Assembly: GCA_002633005.1 (NCBI GenBank) | Contig: NMRA01000249.1 | Span: 115,004 to 179,003 of the forward strand | Length of the DNA stretch: 64,000 nucleotides | Direction: 5' to 3' | From: Phoronis australis | Lineage: Eukaryota; Animalia; Phoronida | Notes under the pieces: model-generated | Told to the model about the DNA's origin: nothing | What the model saw: the letters and a program-made list of their open reading frames with translations, nothing else | Databases searched by the model: none | Program-made: the position numbers and the translations under genes | Shown here: positions 1 to 11,800 of the stretch, in pieces | Layout: every line of letters starts with the position of its first letter | Position numbering within the stretch: position 1 is the first letter of the stretch

Positions 1-3000
1 TCAGCCGATTTTCACCAAATTTGGCACATATGTAGTCCTATGGGATCTATAAACAGCGGTAAAATATTTCCTCAAAATATTGTGTTTTTCTAAAGTTATA
101 GGTTCAAACACATTTTACGGTTTCGCAGCCATGTTTTCACGGTATAAAAACTGTCCAGTTTTAACTGTTCATATTTTTCCTTGAATGAAAGCTATTGATT
201 TATTATTCACTTGGCATTGTTTAGTGGTGCCTGTAGATTGTTACACAGATGTCTTGAAACACGATTCCGATTTACCACCCTCATTTAGTAGTTTTACTAC
301 ACTGCCCCCCGTTATGCCATTTTGAGGTTGTGTTCAGTACACTGCTGTACCAAATCTGCCCCCACTGTTATGAGAATGAAACTTAGCCAAAATGTTGACA
401 AAACATGTTACTTTCATTTCATAAAATAAAAACTTTGTCAGCCAGTTTATTAGTTATATATTTTGGCACCTCAAATGTACTAAAATGAGAAATTTTCATA
501 TATCTGAGATCGATGCGTGAGCACCGTAAAATCCGATTGTCCTTCATGTTTTTCGATATTTTGCAACAAGTTAGTTCCTCCTGAATGTTTTGAACGTTTT
601 ACTACTGATCACTTAGGGCTATAGTACCCCTAAATACCATACATGGCTCCATTTTGTAAAAAGCCGATTATGTCCTCCACAGTGAACAGGGTTAGACATG
701 AACTCGACAAATGTAGGTTATTTTGATTTACAGTTGTTTTACTTTGCAATTTCCTCATGGGTATTTCTTCACACATATTCAAGTCAGATTTTCTGTTGAT
801 CAAATGTTCATGCAATGCATTGTAATATCAAATGAAGGATAAGTTTGGTTGCATGACCGCAATTTTTCCCACGACTTAAAACAAAAGACCGCAGAAATTT
901 TCCTGACGAAATACCGGGTTTGCAGTTCTGTAAAAACATTCGAATGACAAGACAAACTCCACCACTGTCCATGGCAACTCGTCGCATGTTTTTCGCCCAT
1001 CGGTCCTATCATTGTTTTCCTTTGTTGTGTCATTGTTGGATGTAACAACACAGGTCGCATGGATATAGAACCTTGCGTACATCAGACCGTTGCCGATAAG
1101 TGCTCGTCATTATATCTTTATTATAACAACGGAAACAATGAAGATGCTAATCTATTGTTCTCTATGCGACCAGGTTTCCCGTGGATGACCACAGAAGAGG
1201 AATCCCAAAGTATCCACAAACAATGACCACGCACCTTAGTAACTATTACCGCGCACACGAATCCTTTCCGTGGAACCTAAACACCAAATTTTTATATCCG
1301 TGTATTGTGTTGTATTGCTCATGGTACGGGTTCAGACTCTGTTGTATTAAGATTCCAATCCCCAACCCTGTAATATGTAGTTTGAGTAAAATTTCTAGAC
1401 AATGCAGGTTTATGGATTTATTCTCCTTCAAATGAAGAGTAAAAATCAAATTCTGCACAGGTTTTTTAAAAGTAATCACTTATTGGAAGATCACACATCT
1501 AAAAAATAAAACAATGTTTGACAATTTTATTCATTATCTTATTTGAAAATTGCCTACCTCACAGACAACTCATCTAAGCTGAAAATATTCCTTGTGAAAA
1601 AATATAAAATACCAACCAGAGACTTGTGTACTACAAAATATGTTTTCGTAATACAATGCAAAGATAACTGTACAGTCAAAAGTGCAAATGTTATCACTCT
1701 AATAAAAAGTTGCCTTCTAGATCTTTTCAACACTCTAATTGCTACAGGACAGAGTCAACCACACAAAGCTCATAAAGTCAGGGAATTACATTTAAGGTGA
1801 CGTAGTCTCACTGCGAAAAAGTGATTTCGCAATATCGCTGACAACACTGGAAATCTCTTCTTCACAAACTTGAGGTAGCTGTATTTACCACACCAATGTT
1901 CTTATCAAAACTAACCACCACAATATGAAAAATTGGCTTGTCGGTTCCAGTTAGGCAGCATTTTACAATAAAATGGTCATGAAAAAATACTTTTGCAACA
2001 TGGTTTGCATTACAATTGCCCTACGATTACAGTTGTACATACATACTAGACCAGTAACAAAATTACCCATGGGAACCATAAAATGGTCAATTCGCCAAAA
2101 AAACAAGGAGCCACCAGAGCTAATGTGCCAATACTTTTCAGTACTGCAACAAAAAATCATTTGAAGTGGACATAAACTCGCCTAAAATCACATAAAACAA
2201 CTTTTGATTTAGATATTTTACCATCACGAAATAGGTATTACTTCCAGGTCACTTTTGAGCAATTTCAGAACTTTGAAAGATCTGGCAATATGCAATTGCT
2301 AGAGACCAGACTAATAGTGTGCGATTTTATACACACAGCATGGTCTCAAGGAATAGCAAACTGTCAATTCGCTACAATTCCAGAAATCACTTCCCATCTG
2401 GATAAGGAACAAACTGAGCAAAGTTTATAGAGGTAAATGGTCTAAATCAAAACTTATTACCTCCTGGACAGAATATGGGTTTACAACCCAGGTAGAAAGA
2501 TAAGTTAACAAAACCAGCCTAACTGCAACAGGGTCTCAAATTTCAGTAATATATACCCATTTACAAACAAAAATCTATAATGGTAAATAAAATGCGGAAA
2601 CATAAATTCAGATCAATTACGCATCTTCAAGGAAAAGGAACAGTACAGTGGTCAGAAATCATCTAAATGTGATGGCCACACTGAGAAATCCTGTCAGACC
2701 AAAAAATCCAGTGGCTAAACAAAATGAACAATGTACCATTACCATGTGGCCCAGGATCATGATCCGTGCCTGGACAAAAATTCAGTCTTAGACTAGGTAA
2801 ATTTTAGATTTGTGCTGTTCACACAAGCAGTTCTGGTGCAAACAAAGCTTGCGACAACACACAAGCCTACTTCCCTACACAGCTGTGCTGATACAATAAT
2901 GCCCCCACTGGATTTAGCAGATCAGCCAGAGTATTTACAGGTCCAGCCACTGTACTGTTTCCTCCCTTTGAATTTTTACAATGCTACATCCTTGACAATC

Positions 3001-4940
3001 GCAGATTGCCTCTTTCAATGCATACTCCACTTCCTCTGTCCCAGTTTCCCCACATTTGCTGAGAGTGGCCTATCTCAACAAATTACTTTGGACCTGTTGT
3101 GGTATAAGCCAGTAATCTTTGGCAAATACTTTTTCCCCCGACTCGTTCCTCAAGCTACAAATTCTCTTTGACATATCTTCTGGGAGTAGACTTTACGGCC
3201 TCTCTCTAGCCCCCTCACTTAGTTGTCCAGAAGGGTACCTTCTTGCTGGTTGTGAACTTTTCCATACCCAACCTTTACTAATAATCGGCAAGTCTCCAAC
3301 TTCAGCAGAAGCCACTTCTTCAGCATAAGCCTTTCCTGATTCCTAAAATTGTATTAATGAAAAAATTAAACATATTAAATTTAATGTGGCCATTTCGGCT
3401 CAGAAAATATGAATACCAAGCTAAAGTGAAGGCACCAATATTTTTGACGGCTTTAGCATGTTTAATTAACTTCATAATCACAGAAATTCATTGGCAGACA
3501 TAACATACTCCCTAGTCTCTAAAAGTAGTTCATGGGCAGAAGTCATGTTACACATTTGGTGGTTGTTATGAAAAGTTATGATGACTACCTATTTTCTATG
3601 CCAATGTATACATGTAGTTGCATAAACATCAACACATTTGAATAAGATATGATTAAGCAATAAGGCCCAAGTTATAAGCAATCACGGTGTGACAATAAAA
3701 GTATTTTTGCATGAATGACGTGCTTCTAAAAATATTCCTCAGGGTCAGACCCTGGAGTTTAGTGATTCCTACCTGAGCTCACACGAAGCAGGACGTTGAA
3801 CCTTGACTTAACGTCTTTGGTCATTTTTCAGACCTCTATCAGGCTCTATCAGATTTCTCCTCTAGTGTGCAGTGGATGTTCTCAGTGTCTTTGGCGACAG
3901 CAATATATCTCGAGTGTTGTAACGATGATTCGGGCAAGTGAATCTAATAAGGTAGATTATGTAGCTCCTGCTCCACACCTGCCTCCGAGGCAGACACTGA
4001 GACAGACTACTTCTCAGGAGGACACGTTCCACCTCCACATCAGCTCCACGTACTCTTATAAGGTGCTCAAATGTCTCGCTCTATACCTTGTGCATTTCCC
4101 AAGAGTTTCCAAAGTTGTTTCTCTCCGCAATTTGTAGAAATACCACATTCGATGCGACTGGCAGTGCCAGATAAATAGATAAATTCGCAAACCCGCACTT
4201 TAGGTCAGCCATCATTCAACTAACGCATTGTAAGCTTTAGTTTGGTATTCAGACGAGTTGGATGAACAAATTTAGTATAATTTCATATTTTAGTGGGAAA
4301 TGCTAGTGTCCTTAAAATTAATTAAAAACATTTAAGCAAACCAATTCTTTTAATTGTTGTATTATACCACGGCATATTAATGCGTAGAAACGGCGCACAA
4401 CTAGTGACTGGTTTAACATGACAAATACACATACGCGGTCTGAAAATAGTGAAATTCAGACACCTATTACCAAGCCTGCCTGAAGGGCTGACAAAGTTTT
4501 TATTGTATTAATTTCAAGGGCATGGAGTCTTCTACATGTCCATGTTATTATTTTTAGTTTTCTCGCGGGGGCAGCTTCGCTATAAGGGTACAACTTACTG
4601 CTGGTTTTTCACAAGAAGGAAATGTACCTCCACGGAAACAGTTCCAGTGTTACCATGGTAACAGATATTGCAGTGTCGGTGCCGTTTTTACTGACATTGG
4701 TCATGAACCTATCGTGTGATATCAAAATTGTTCAGAAACGATTCTGTTTGAAGCAGAAACTGGAGTAGAAAATTTGGTCAAAAATGACTCATTCCACAAC
4801 AAGAAATTGCCTCATTTTGCCCCCAAGAACACTTCCCTTGTATCTCCTAAACCACCAAACTTTGTGGGGTCATACTTCACCCAATTTCTCTCATCCCTAA
4901 TGTGATTTATCAGACTAAACATGGATCTGAATGGCTGACC
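1..4940 (-). mobile_element. Decayed long-TIR DNA transposon, Sola3-like (tentative family)
   Basis: Minus-strand relics FTCPNHRY...HPLH (~3870-3950) and SKGWVWKSS...DMSKRICSLRNESGEKVFAKDYWLIPQQVQS (~3080-3340), with stops. They resemble the CPxHR and GWALK...MR...G...F..EE.LT.QQI.S motifs I associate with this transposase family. There is an exact 19-nt inverted match, 425-443 vs 4486-4504. Boundaries are approximate. Confidence 0.5.
975..1175 (-). repeat. Interspersed repeat, inverted copy of 10755-10950
   Basis: The reverse complement ggtcgcatagagaacaatagattagcatc...gttataataaagat...catgcgacctgtgttgttacatccaacaa aligns with ggtcgcacagagatcggtagattagcgtc...gttataataaagat...catgcgacctgtattgttatatccaacaa. 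Confidence 0.85.
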
Positions 4941-5918
4941 CCCCACCTTGCCGCTTGTTGGCTGTACAGTGGTCGGTGGATCCGTGGACTGATACTTAAC
5001 TCCAAAAATGAAAATTATTTGAGCCAAGACTCTTTAAAAAACAAATCAAACAATTCGCCAAGACTTTGTCGACACCATTACTCGGAAACTTAGCCACGTT
5101 CCAGGTTTAATAAAAGTCTTTAAAAAATGTAAATGAACAAAAACAAATACACCGTAGATGCATCCGAGATTCACCACAGACAAACGTTAACGTTAATCAC
5201 CAAGCATTTATATTACTTGTCGTGTTTTTGTTGATCACGTCCACTAATTGAGAGTGCAAGTACATGCGCATGTATCACAACTTGGAGGCGTTGTGAAAAA
5301 ACCCTTGACAACATCTAATAGAACAAAATAAGATTTATCTAGAAACCAGTAGTCTTCGAAATTTCAACCCCAAGTGCTCTTCCGTGGATCCAGCGTTTTT
5401 TTCTGACACAATCCAAATTCTCGAGAAGGCAGTTGACGCTGTTTTCAATAACAAAAATAATGACAAAAGGATGGCCACAAGCCGTGCGAGTTTTGCTATT
5501 ACGATTTTCAAAACTTTTAAGTTAAAAAACTGCCAACAGTTGTGGTATTTTGACAGACGCCTTCAATGAACACTGAATGATTTGATTTTGATTTTAAGTT
5601 GTCTCACCTAGCGAAAAATAAATCACATTCCTCAAAGAGTCGATACTACTCTACGTCTGAGAACGATTCAACTCCAACTCACCGCAGTAATTTGCAACAC
5701 GACACAATAACATCTAACACCAGGCGGCACTTCGTGTTTTTGTAAGAAAGTTTCCAAGTGCTTAATTCACGCTAAAATGGTTTTGTATCCAGCGCAAGAT
5801 TAATATCAAAGCGATCTGCTGTACCTATTTCAAGTTCGTATACCGACTAATAATTAATGTTAATTATTTTACTTTGAAAATTATGTTTAACGCATCGCCT
5901 GTCTTCCAGCTGATATTA

Positions 5919-6371
5919 TACCCCCGTCGCACCACACGCGCGGTGCCACTACGGTTTTTGGTCAAAACCGCCATCAACGTAGTGACACCGCCAGTAGTGT
6001 TTCATAGTTTTTTGCCCTTCCCGTCACACATGTTATCGCCACTGGATCGCCGTAGGGTCACCAGTCTACGTTTTCGGCGATTGCACGGCGGTTGTACTGC
6101 GGAAGCACGGCTGCGATCCCTGTACGGTGACACGGCGGTCACGACAGTGTCGCAACGATACTACTGCGGATTGACCCAACCCGCCGTGACACTGCAGAAG
6201 TTTTGAGCATGTTCAAAGTATCCGTCGTGTCACCGCGAAGGTCCACGATTTTGACAGCTATTCGTGTTGCAACGGAGATCAATGGCGGAACCACGGGGAT
6301 CATGGCGGTGCCACTGCGTTCTATGCTGTACAAGCACTGCAGTGGCACCTCACATCCGGTTTGACGGAGTA
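5919..6371. mobile_element. PIF/Harbinger-type MITE with TTA target-site duplication
   Basis: tta|tacccccgtcgcacc...ggtgccact on the left and agtggcacc...ggtttgacggagta|tta on the right; GC-rich interior. Confidence 0.75.
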
Positions 6372-6599
6372 TTATGTGACAGTGGTCATATTTAGTGACT
6401 GGTCGAAGTGCACAGGTTACGATCCACAGCTATATTTATGTCAACTGATAGATCGAAGGAACCATCTTTCAGATGTCGTATATATGTTGTTTTTCAGTGG
6501 AATGTTGCCCGTACACATGCACTTGAAGTTGCTAATTTTGATACGAGTGGCAAGTTATCTACTTAAATCAGTTTTTGGCCTTATTCATTGCCTAGACCC

Positions 6600-7160
6600 A
6601 GCCGTTGAACTGATAGTTGTTTTCAAACCTCTTCGGAAACTTTCCAATATGCTGTGGAAACTGAAGTCACCCATCCCTTTATTGAACAAGAGCAACGTTG
6701 TGTATAAGGTTGAATGTGACAACTGTAAGGAATTGTATATCGGACTCACACAGAGACGCCTCTGTGACAGGTTGAAAGAACAACACACTCAGAGAAAAGT
6801 AACATATCTGGGCACTATGTTAGCAACAATCACCAAGCTAATTCAATCAGTATTATCTGCACAGAACCTAATAAGGAGTTACTGTACATTAAAGAGTCAT
6901 TGGCCATTCATAACCAGCATATCACTTATTCTCTGAATAACATGCAGAGCTCAGTGACCCTGCAACCATGGTGATGGCAAGCTACTGACTATATTCCCTG
7001 TATCTCTCACTTCACTTTATGGATGTTACCTGAGCTGTATGTTGGCACTTGTTGTCCTAAATTGTTGTAAATATGATCCTGATGATGTCTAATGAAAAAT
7101 ACGAAACGTTGAAGTGAACATGAACTTTTTTCATTTTTGCGGCTATGGTCCGGTTTTTAA
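6600..7160 (+). mobile_element. Penelope-like retroelement 3' fragment (GIY-YIG endonuclease)
   Basis: LKSPIPLLNKSNVVYKVECDNCKELYIGLTQRRLCDRLKEQH matches the PLE VVYxIxCxxC..YIGxTxRxL..R.KEH motif. A hammerhead core follows at 7079. Confidence 0.85.
7074..7115 (+). ncRNA. Degenerate minimal (type I) hammerhead ribozyme of the Penelope-like element
   Basis: CTGATGA (7079-7085), a 17-nt spacer, then GAAACGTT (7103-7110), at the position expected for a PLE pseudo-LTR. Stems I and II are imperfect. Confidence 0.6.
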
Positions 7161-8064
7161 GTTATCTACTTTTTTCTAGAACATTCTTCCAAAAATAATG
7201 GAATCAAATCGAATTCCCCAAAAAGTGCACAATTTCGTCTCTAGACGCAACCACTAGTGTGTAAAGCTAGTATGACCACGTAATTAGTTTGTTTTTAACG
7301 CATGGCGATATCTCACGAAGACTTGTGTGCGTTCGCTTGCCTTGCGTAAGGGACTTTCTTGTATAAACGTACGTGACTGCACTAGTTCCGGCTACTGTTA
7401 ACGGCAAACATGATGAGAACAATGCAGGCCTTCACTTTCTTTCGCTACTTAAATAATCTATTGGAAAAGATAGCACTGTAGTACCAGAAGAACACTAAAG
7501 AGGTACCTTTTTAGAACCAACGCACTTTACGGATAACGGATGTGATGAATTTTCTGTACAAAAGTGCCACTGACCGTTTCGAAGCAAGGATCCCCCGGCC
7601 TTAGCCTAAATGTACTATAATTATTGCCCATTTTCTTTGTAACGGTTGAGTCTGACAGGAGATAATGACTTTTCTGACGGATTAGAAATAATTTGGTGAT
7701 AACTCGAATCGAAAACAGCCCCGAAGCAATAGTGATTAGTTCAATTAGTGATACACAGTGACTGAACTCCTCTTGTCATCTGGTCTGACTGTTGAAGGTA
7801 GCGAGCGCCTCCTGTGATTTGGTTTAGCACTCACCTCCTCTTCAATCGCCCATTCGGCATATTTTGGATTGACAGACAGGAGGTGTTGGTCGGTAGGGCG
7901 AGGATAACGCCTTCCGGTATCAGCTTCTTTCCACATTTCTTATCCGTCATCCATTAGCCAACCCAAACTGCGACAACCACTTTCAAGCACACACACGGTC
8001 ACACTCTGAGACATATCTGCACTCACGTGGTACTTGCATCATATTTCCAACCCATTTCTTCATA

Positions 8065-8384
8065 CAGAGTGTTCCATCGAAACAGGAACCACGGTGTAAT
8101 ACAGACATCACAGGGTCGAATACAGACTCCCGCACTTTCAAAACAGCTAACCAGCCCGAAAAAACACAAACCCCGGCCCTTAAAACAGGAATGCCGGGAA
8201 GCGGACAGGAAACCCCGGACAATTTGCTTCGGTTCCCGTCTTTACTGTCTTATTCCGGGATTCCTGTTTTAAAGATCGGGGTTTGTTTCTCGTGCTGGTT
8301 AGCTGTTTTGAATGTGCGGTATTCTGTTTTCAACTCCGTGATACTTGTTTTAAACCGGAATTCCTGTTTTGATGGAGTACCCTG
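8065..8384. mobile_element. Foldback MITE, ~150-bp imperfect inverted arms, CAG(A/G)G termini
   Basis: Left arm cagagtgttccatcgaaacaggaa...ttcaaaacagctaaccagc...ttaaaacaggaat matches the right-arm reverse complement cagggtactccatcaaaacaggaa...ttcaaaacagctaaccagc...ttaaaacaggaat. No clear TSD. Confidence 0.85.
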
Positions 8385-8551
8385 ATTCTTATCTAGGGCT
8401 ATCATCCTACTACTGAGAAACAAAACTACTTGTATAACAAGAAGGGTAGTGTAGTGCATTCAGCTTCTATCGAAAGAAATGTACTAACGCGTAGTACCTA
8501 TAATTGAGATTAAATCGAACATATAAACCATTAACGAAAAAGAGCACCTAC

Positions 8552-8821
8552 CTGCAAACATTACCCAAATATTTCCATTATCGCTGCCGCACGTTTGTGA
8601 AGCATCTCCTTGGCATTTGTGGCTGCATTTGTCACTAGCAAGAAAGCGAGTCATTTGGAAGGTGCTAAAGCAGTGACACTTAGTTAAGTCTTGCATAGCG
8701 GCATACACGTGACCCTCAACGCCGCAAGCACTTTTGCATTTCCGTCGCGTTTCGAGTGTCTCCTTGTACAACAATACAGGGAGACCATCCAGCGCAGGTG
8801 GTCTCCAGCATCCTGGTATTC
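8552..8821 (-). CDS. Exon: divergent WSC domain (270 nt)
   Basis: Acceptor ctgccttttag|GA, donor GCAG|gtagg. Translates (G)IPGCWRPPALDGLPVLLYKETLETRRKCKSACGVEGHVYAAMQDLTKCHCFSTFQMTRFLASDKCSHKCQGDASQTCGSDNGNIWVMFA; the 8-Cys WSC spacing is kept. Confidence 0.88.
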
Positions 8822-11800
8822 CTAAAAGGCAGCAAGGTTTTATTCTGGCGAAATGCTGACGGTCACTTTATAACAAAAATTCAGTAACCTGTCATCTTAC
8901 ATACATGCACCTTGTTCTTTTAAAGCAGCAAGATAATCTCGCTTCCTCGACGGAACTAACTTTTGATTTATACCTCTAGCCTCTGTATATGGACTCCGGC
9001 TTGTTTCTTATCAGATGAGAAGTGACTTTTGGTCATGGACAGAACTGAAAATTCATTATTTATTGAGACCAAGATCTGTGTATTGAATTACACGAAGTGA
9101 CTTGAAAAGTCTATTCTCAAGCACCAACGAACAAATGGTTAAAGTGAAAAATATGTCCCCGGATACTACAGAGTGGTGGTACAATGTTTCTTCCTTCATC
9201 TATTCATTCACTGAAGATGTTTCTCTGAGATGGTTCCAATTTAGGATGGTTCACAGCATTATAGGCTGTAATGAATTTTTACAAAATATTAGCGTAATTG
9301 ATAGCTCGTTGTGCACATTTTGCTAAGAAGAAAGTAAATCTATTGTCCATGTGTATTGGACTAGTAACTATACTCAACAGTTTTAGACTAATGTTAATAA
9401 CTGGCTCGTAGATGCTGGGGGACATGGTTTAGAACAGTCCTTACATTCAGTGCTGTGTGGTGTTTAGGTGGAAGCGGTTTTACAAAGTATGACTCTTTGG
9501 CTCGGCAAGTACCATATTTATAAACAAAGGTTGACGTGTAAAAATCCCTGCCACGCACTGTTTAAAAACGAGGCTGCTTTGCTCATTTCCACTGAACGGT
9601 GTACATGTACTTATACATAAACAAAATGAAGTGCGATTAATTTATAGAGCGTTGGCAAGGCCTTGTCCTGTTTTGCTTATTATAAATGAATCATAACCTC
9701 TATTTGTTTTAATCTTGTATTACCTTTGTACATATCAGCACTATAAGTTGACCATAACTGATCCTTGACTTAACAAAAAGTTGTTGTATTGTGGTGAGGC
9801 CACTGTAATTGTGCGATCTGTGCCGTACCTATTATATTGAATAAAAAGTTTGAGAAAAGAGGTCTTTCGACGGCACGAAATTACATGTACACCTGTGAAT
9901 AAGGAATATTTTGAACCACGTTCAGAACTTTGAGTAGTCAGAAGTTATTGTTTGTGGGTTTCCAGGGGCTTCAAGCCAGGTTTCACGTTAATGCTAAACC
10001 ATGCAATCGTCCCATTTATTCCACCTATACTGTACCTGTCACACAATTGTAAGTAGTATTCAGGTATTTGGGAATATATTTGCATGGGTCTCCAAACAAC
10101 CAGTTTGACACTTTCACTCTACATGATTTCTTTCCGTGACATTGTCTCCTCATGATGGACAGCGACGTCGTAGATGCACAGGCAGTATTCCGGCGTTCGG
10201 AAAAACCGCATACACAACTTTTCCCACTCGTGCATGTACTTCCGTAGACCGAGGAGACAATATGCAAAACGTCATGTAACCCGTCGCATGACAGGGACAT
10301 TTCATTACCCTCGCAGACCACAATATTGACGTCGCCTGCAACACAGAATCAAGTATTAGTGGAAGGAATTCCAAAACGCAGTATTAGCAAAAATCGCGTT
10401 ATAAATCATAATTATTTCGACGTTGTAGCGGTTATGGACTAAAGAAATCAATACAAAAACGGATAACTATTGGCAGCCTGTCTTATGAATGAAGAATGTG
10501 CTGAAAAACAACAGAAGTTGACTTGGGAAACCGAACATATTTTTCTGTACTAGAATTTCCATTCAAGGTCCCCACTATGCATTTATGTGATTGCTCAGAA
10601 ATGTGACACTACCCCTAGACACGTACCAAAGAAGCCAACATCGCGAATCAACTGAGCACACAACTTCTGCAGATCTTCAATCCCCAGCAATCAATTATTG
10701 AATGTATTCAAAACCTGAAATGCTCCCAGTCCTACGCGAAACCAGGTCGCTATCTGGTCGCACAGAGATCGGTAGATTAGCGTCTCTATTGTTCCCGTCG
10801 TTATAATAAAGATAATGACAAGCATTTATCGTGTGGTGTACGCCCAAGGTACGATATTCATGCGACCTGTATTGTTATATCCAACAAAGGCGTAACAAAG
10901 GAAAAAAATGAATACGTCCGATAGGTGATAACCATGCGACCAGTTTACGCGGTCGCTTAGTTCTCACTACCTTACGACCTCAATACATCATTTGCCATTG
11001 AACGAGAAAACTCGTAATTTTTTTTTTAAACAAATCGTGGCGAACCTACTTCCTAAGGAATAGTTCTTGAGGTGAGGATTATTCACTTTGAAAATTGCAA
11101 AAAACTTTTAGATTGAATATTTTTGAAACAGAGACTAAAGTTACAAACCCTTCCGTCAAAAACAGTTCCCGCCCTAATACTATACATACACGCATGCGCT
11201 CTTACAAGTCATACTGGCGGCTACTTGAAATCGCGATTGTTTTGCCTAAATCAAAGGCCACACTTTTCATCTTGGGGAAATGTGCAACGTCTATGTCTTG
11301 GCATAACAAACAGGGAGGCGGGCTATGCCGTGTAGGAGGAAATCTTGTTCTTCACTCAAATCAGAAACAGTTTCAAGAATTGACAAGATCTGAGGGTATT
11401 CCTTCACTTCTGAACAAGCTCATTAATTTGACTATCAGGGTGGCAGTCAGAAGAATTTCAGACGAAGTGTTGTAACCTATTTTGCTTCAATACAAAATGT
11501 CGTTATTAACACCAGGACATGGTTTAAGGCGACGTAAAGTTAAAACTGAAATCAATGACAGTTAATTCGACGTATCCGCGTGGGTTATCTATAATAACTC
11601 TCTGTAAAATACACTAAAAACACGATGTTCCATTTTCTTCAAAGAAGTAATTGGACCTACTTCAACTAAAACAATACCTTTTGGGAATGATAACGAACGA
11701 CACTTTATACTGATTAGAACACATCCGTTGGGAACTGAAGATGTAGGCCTACAAACACGCGATATCCTTAATCAACTCAAAAAATACATACCTTTATTTG

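Noticed and set aside
7835-7938. Candidate next exon (EMWKEADTGRRYPRP...AIEEE) with a strong GAG|GTGAGT donor
   Set aside because: The acceptor lacks a polypyrimidine tract, the better upstream acceptor gives stops in all three frames, and no domain is recognisable. It cannot be supported without RNA data.
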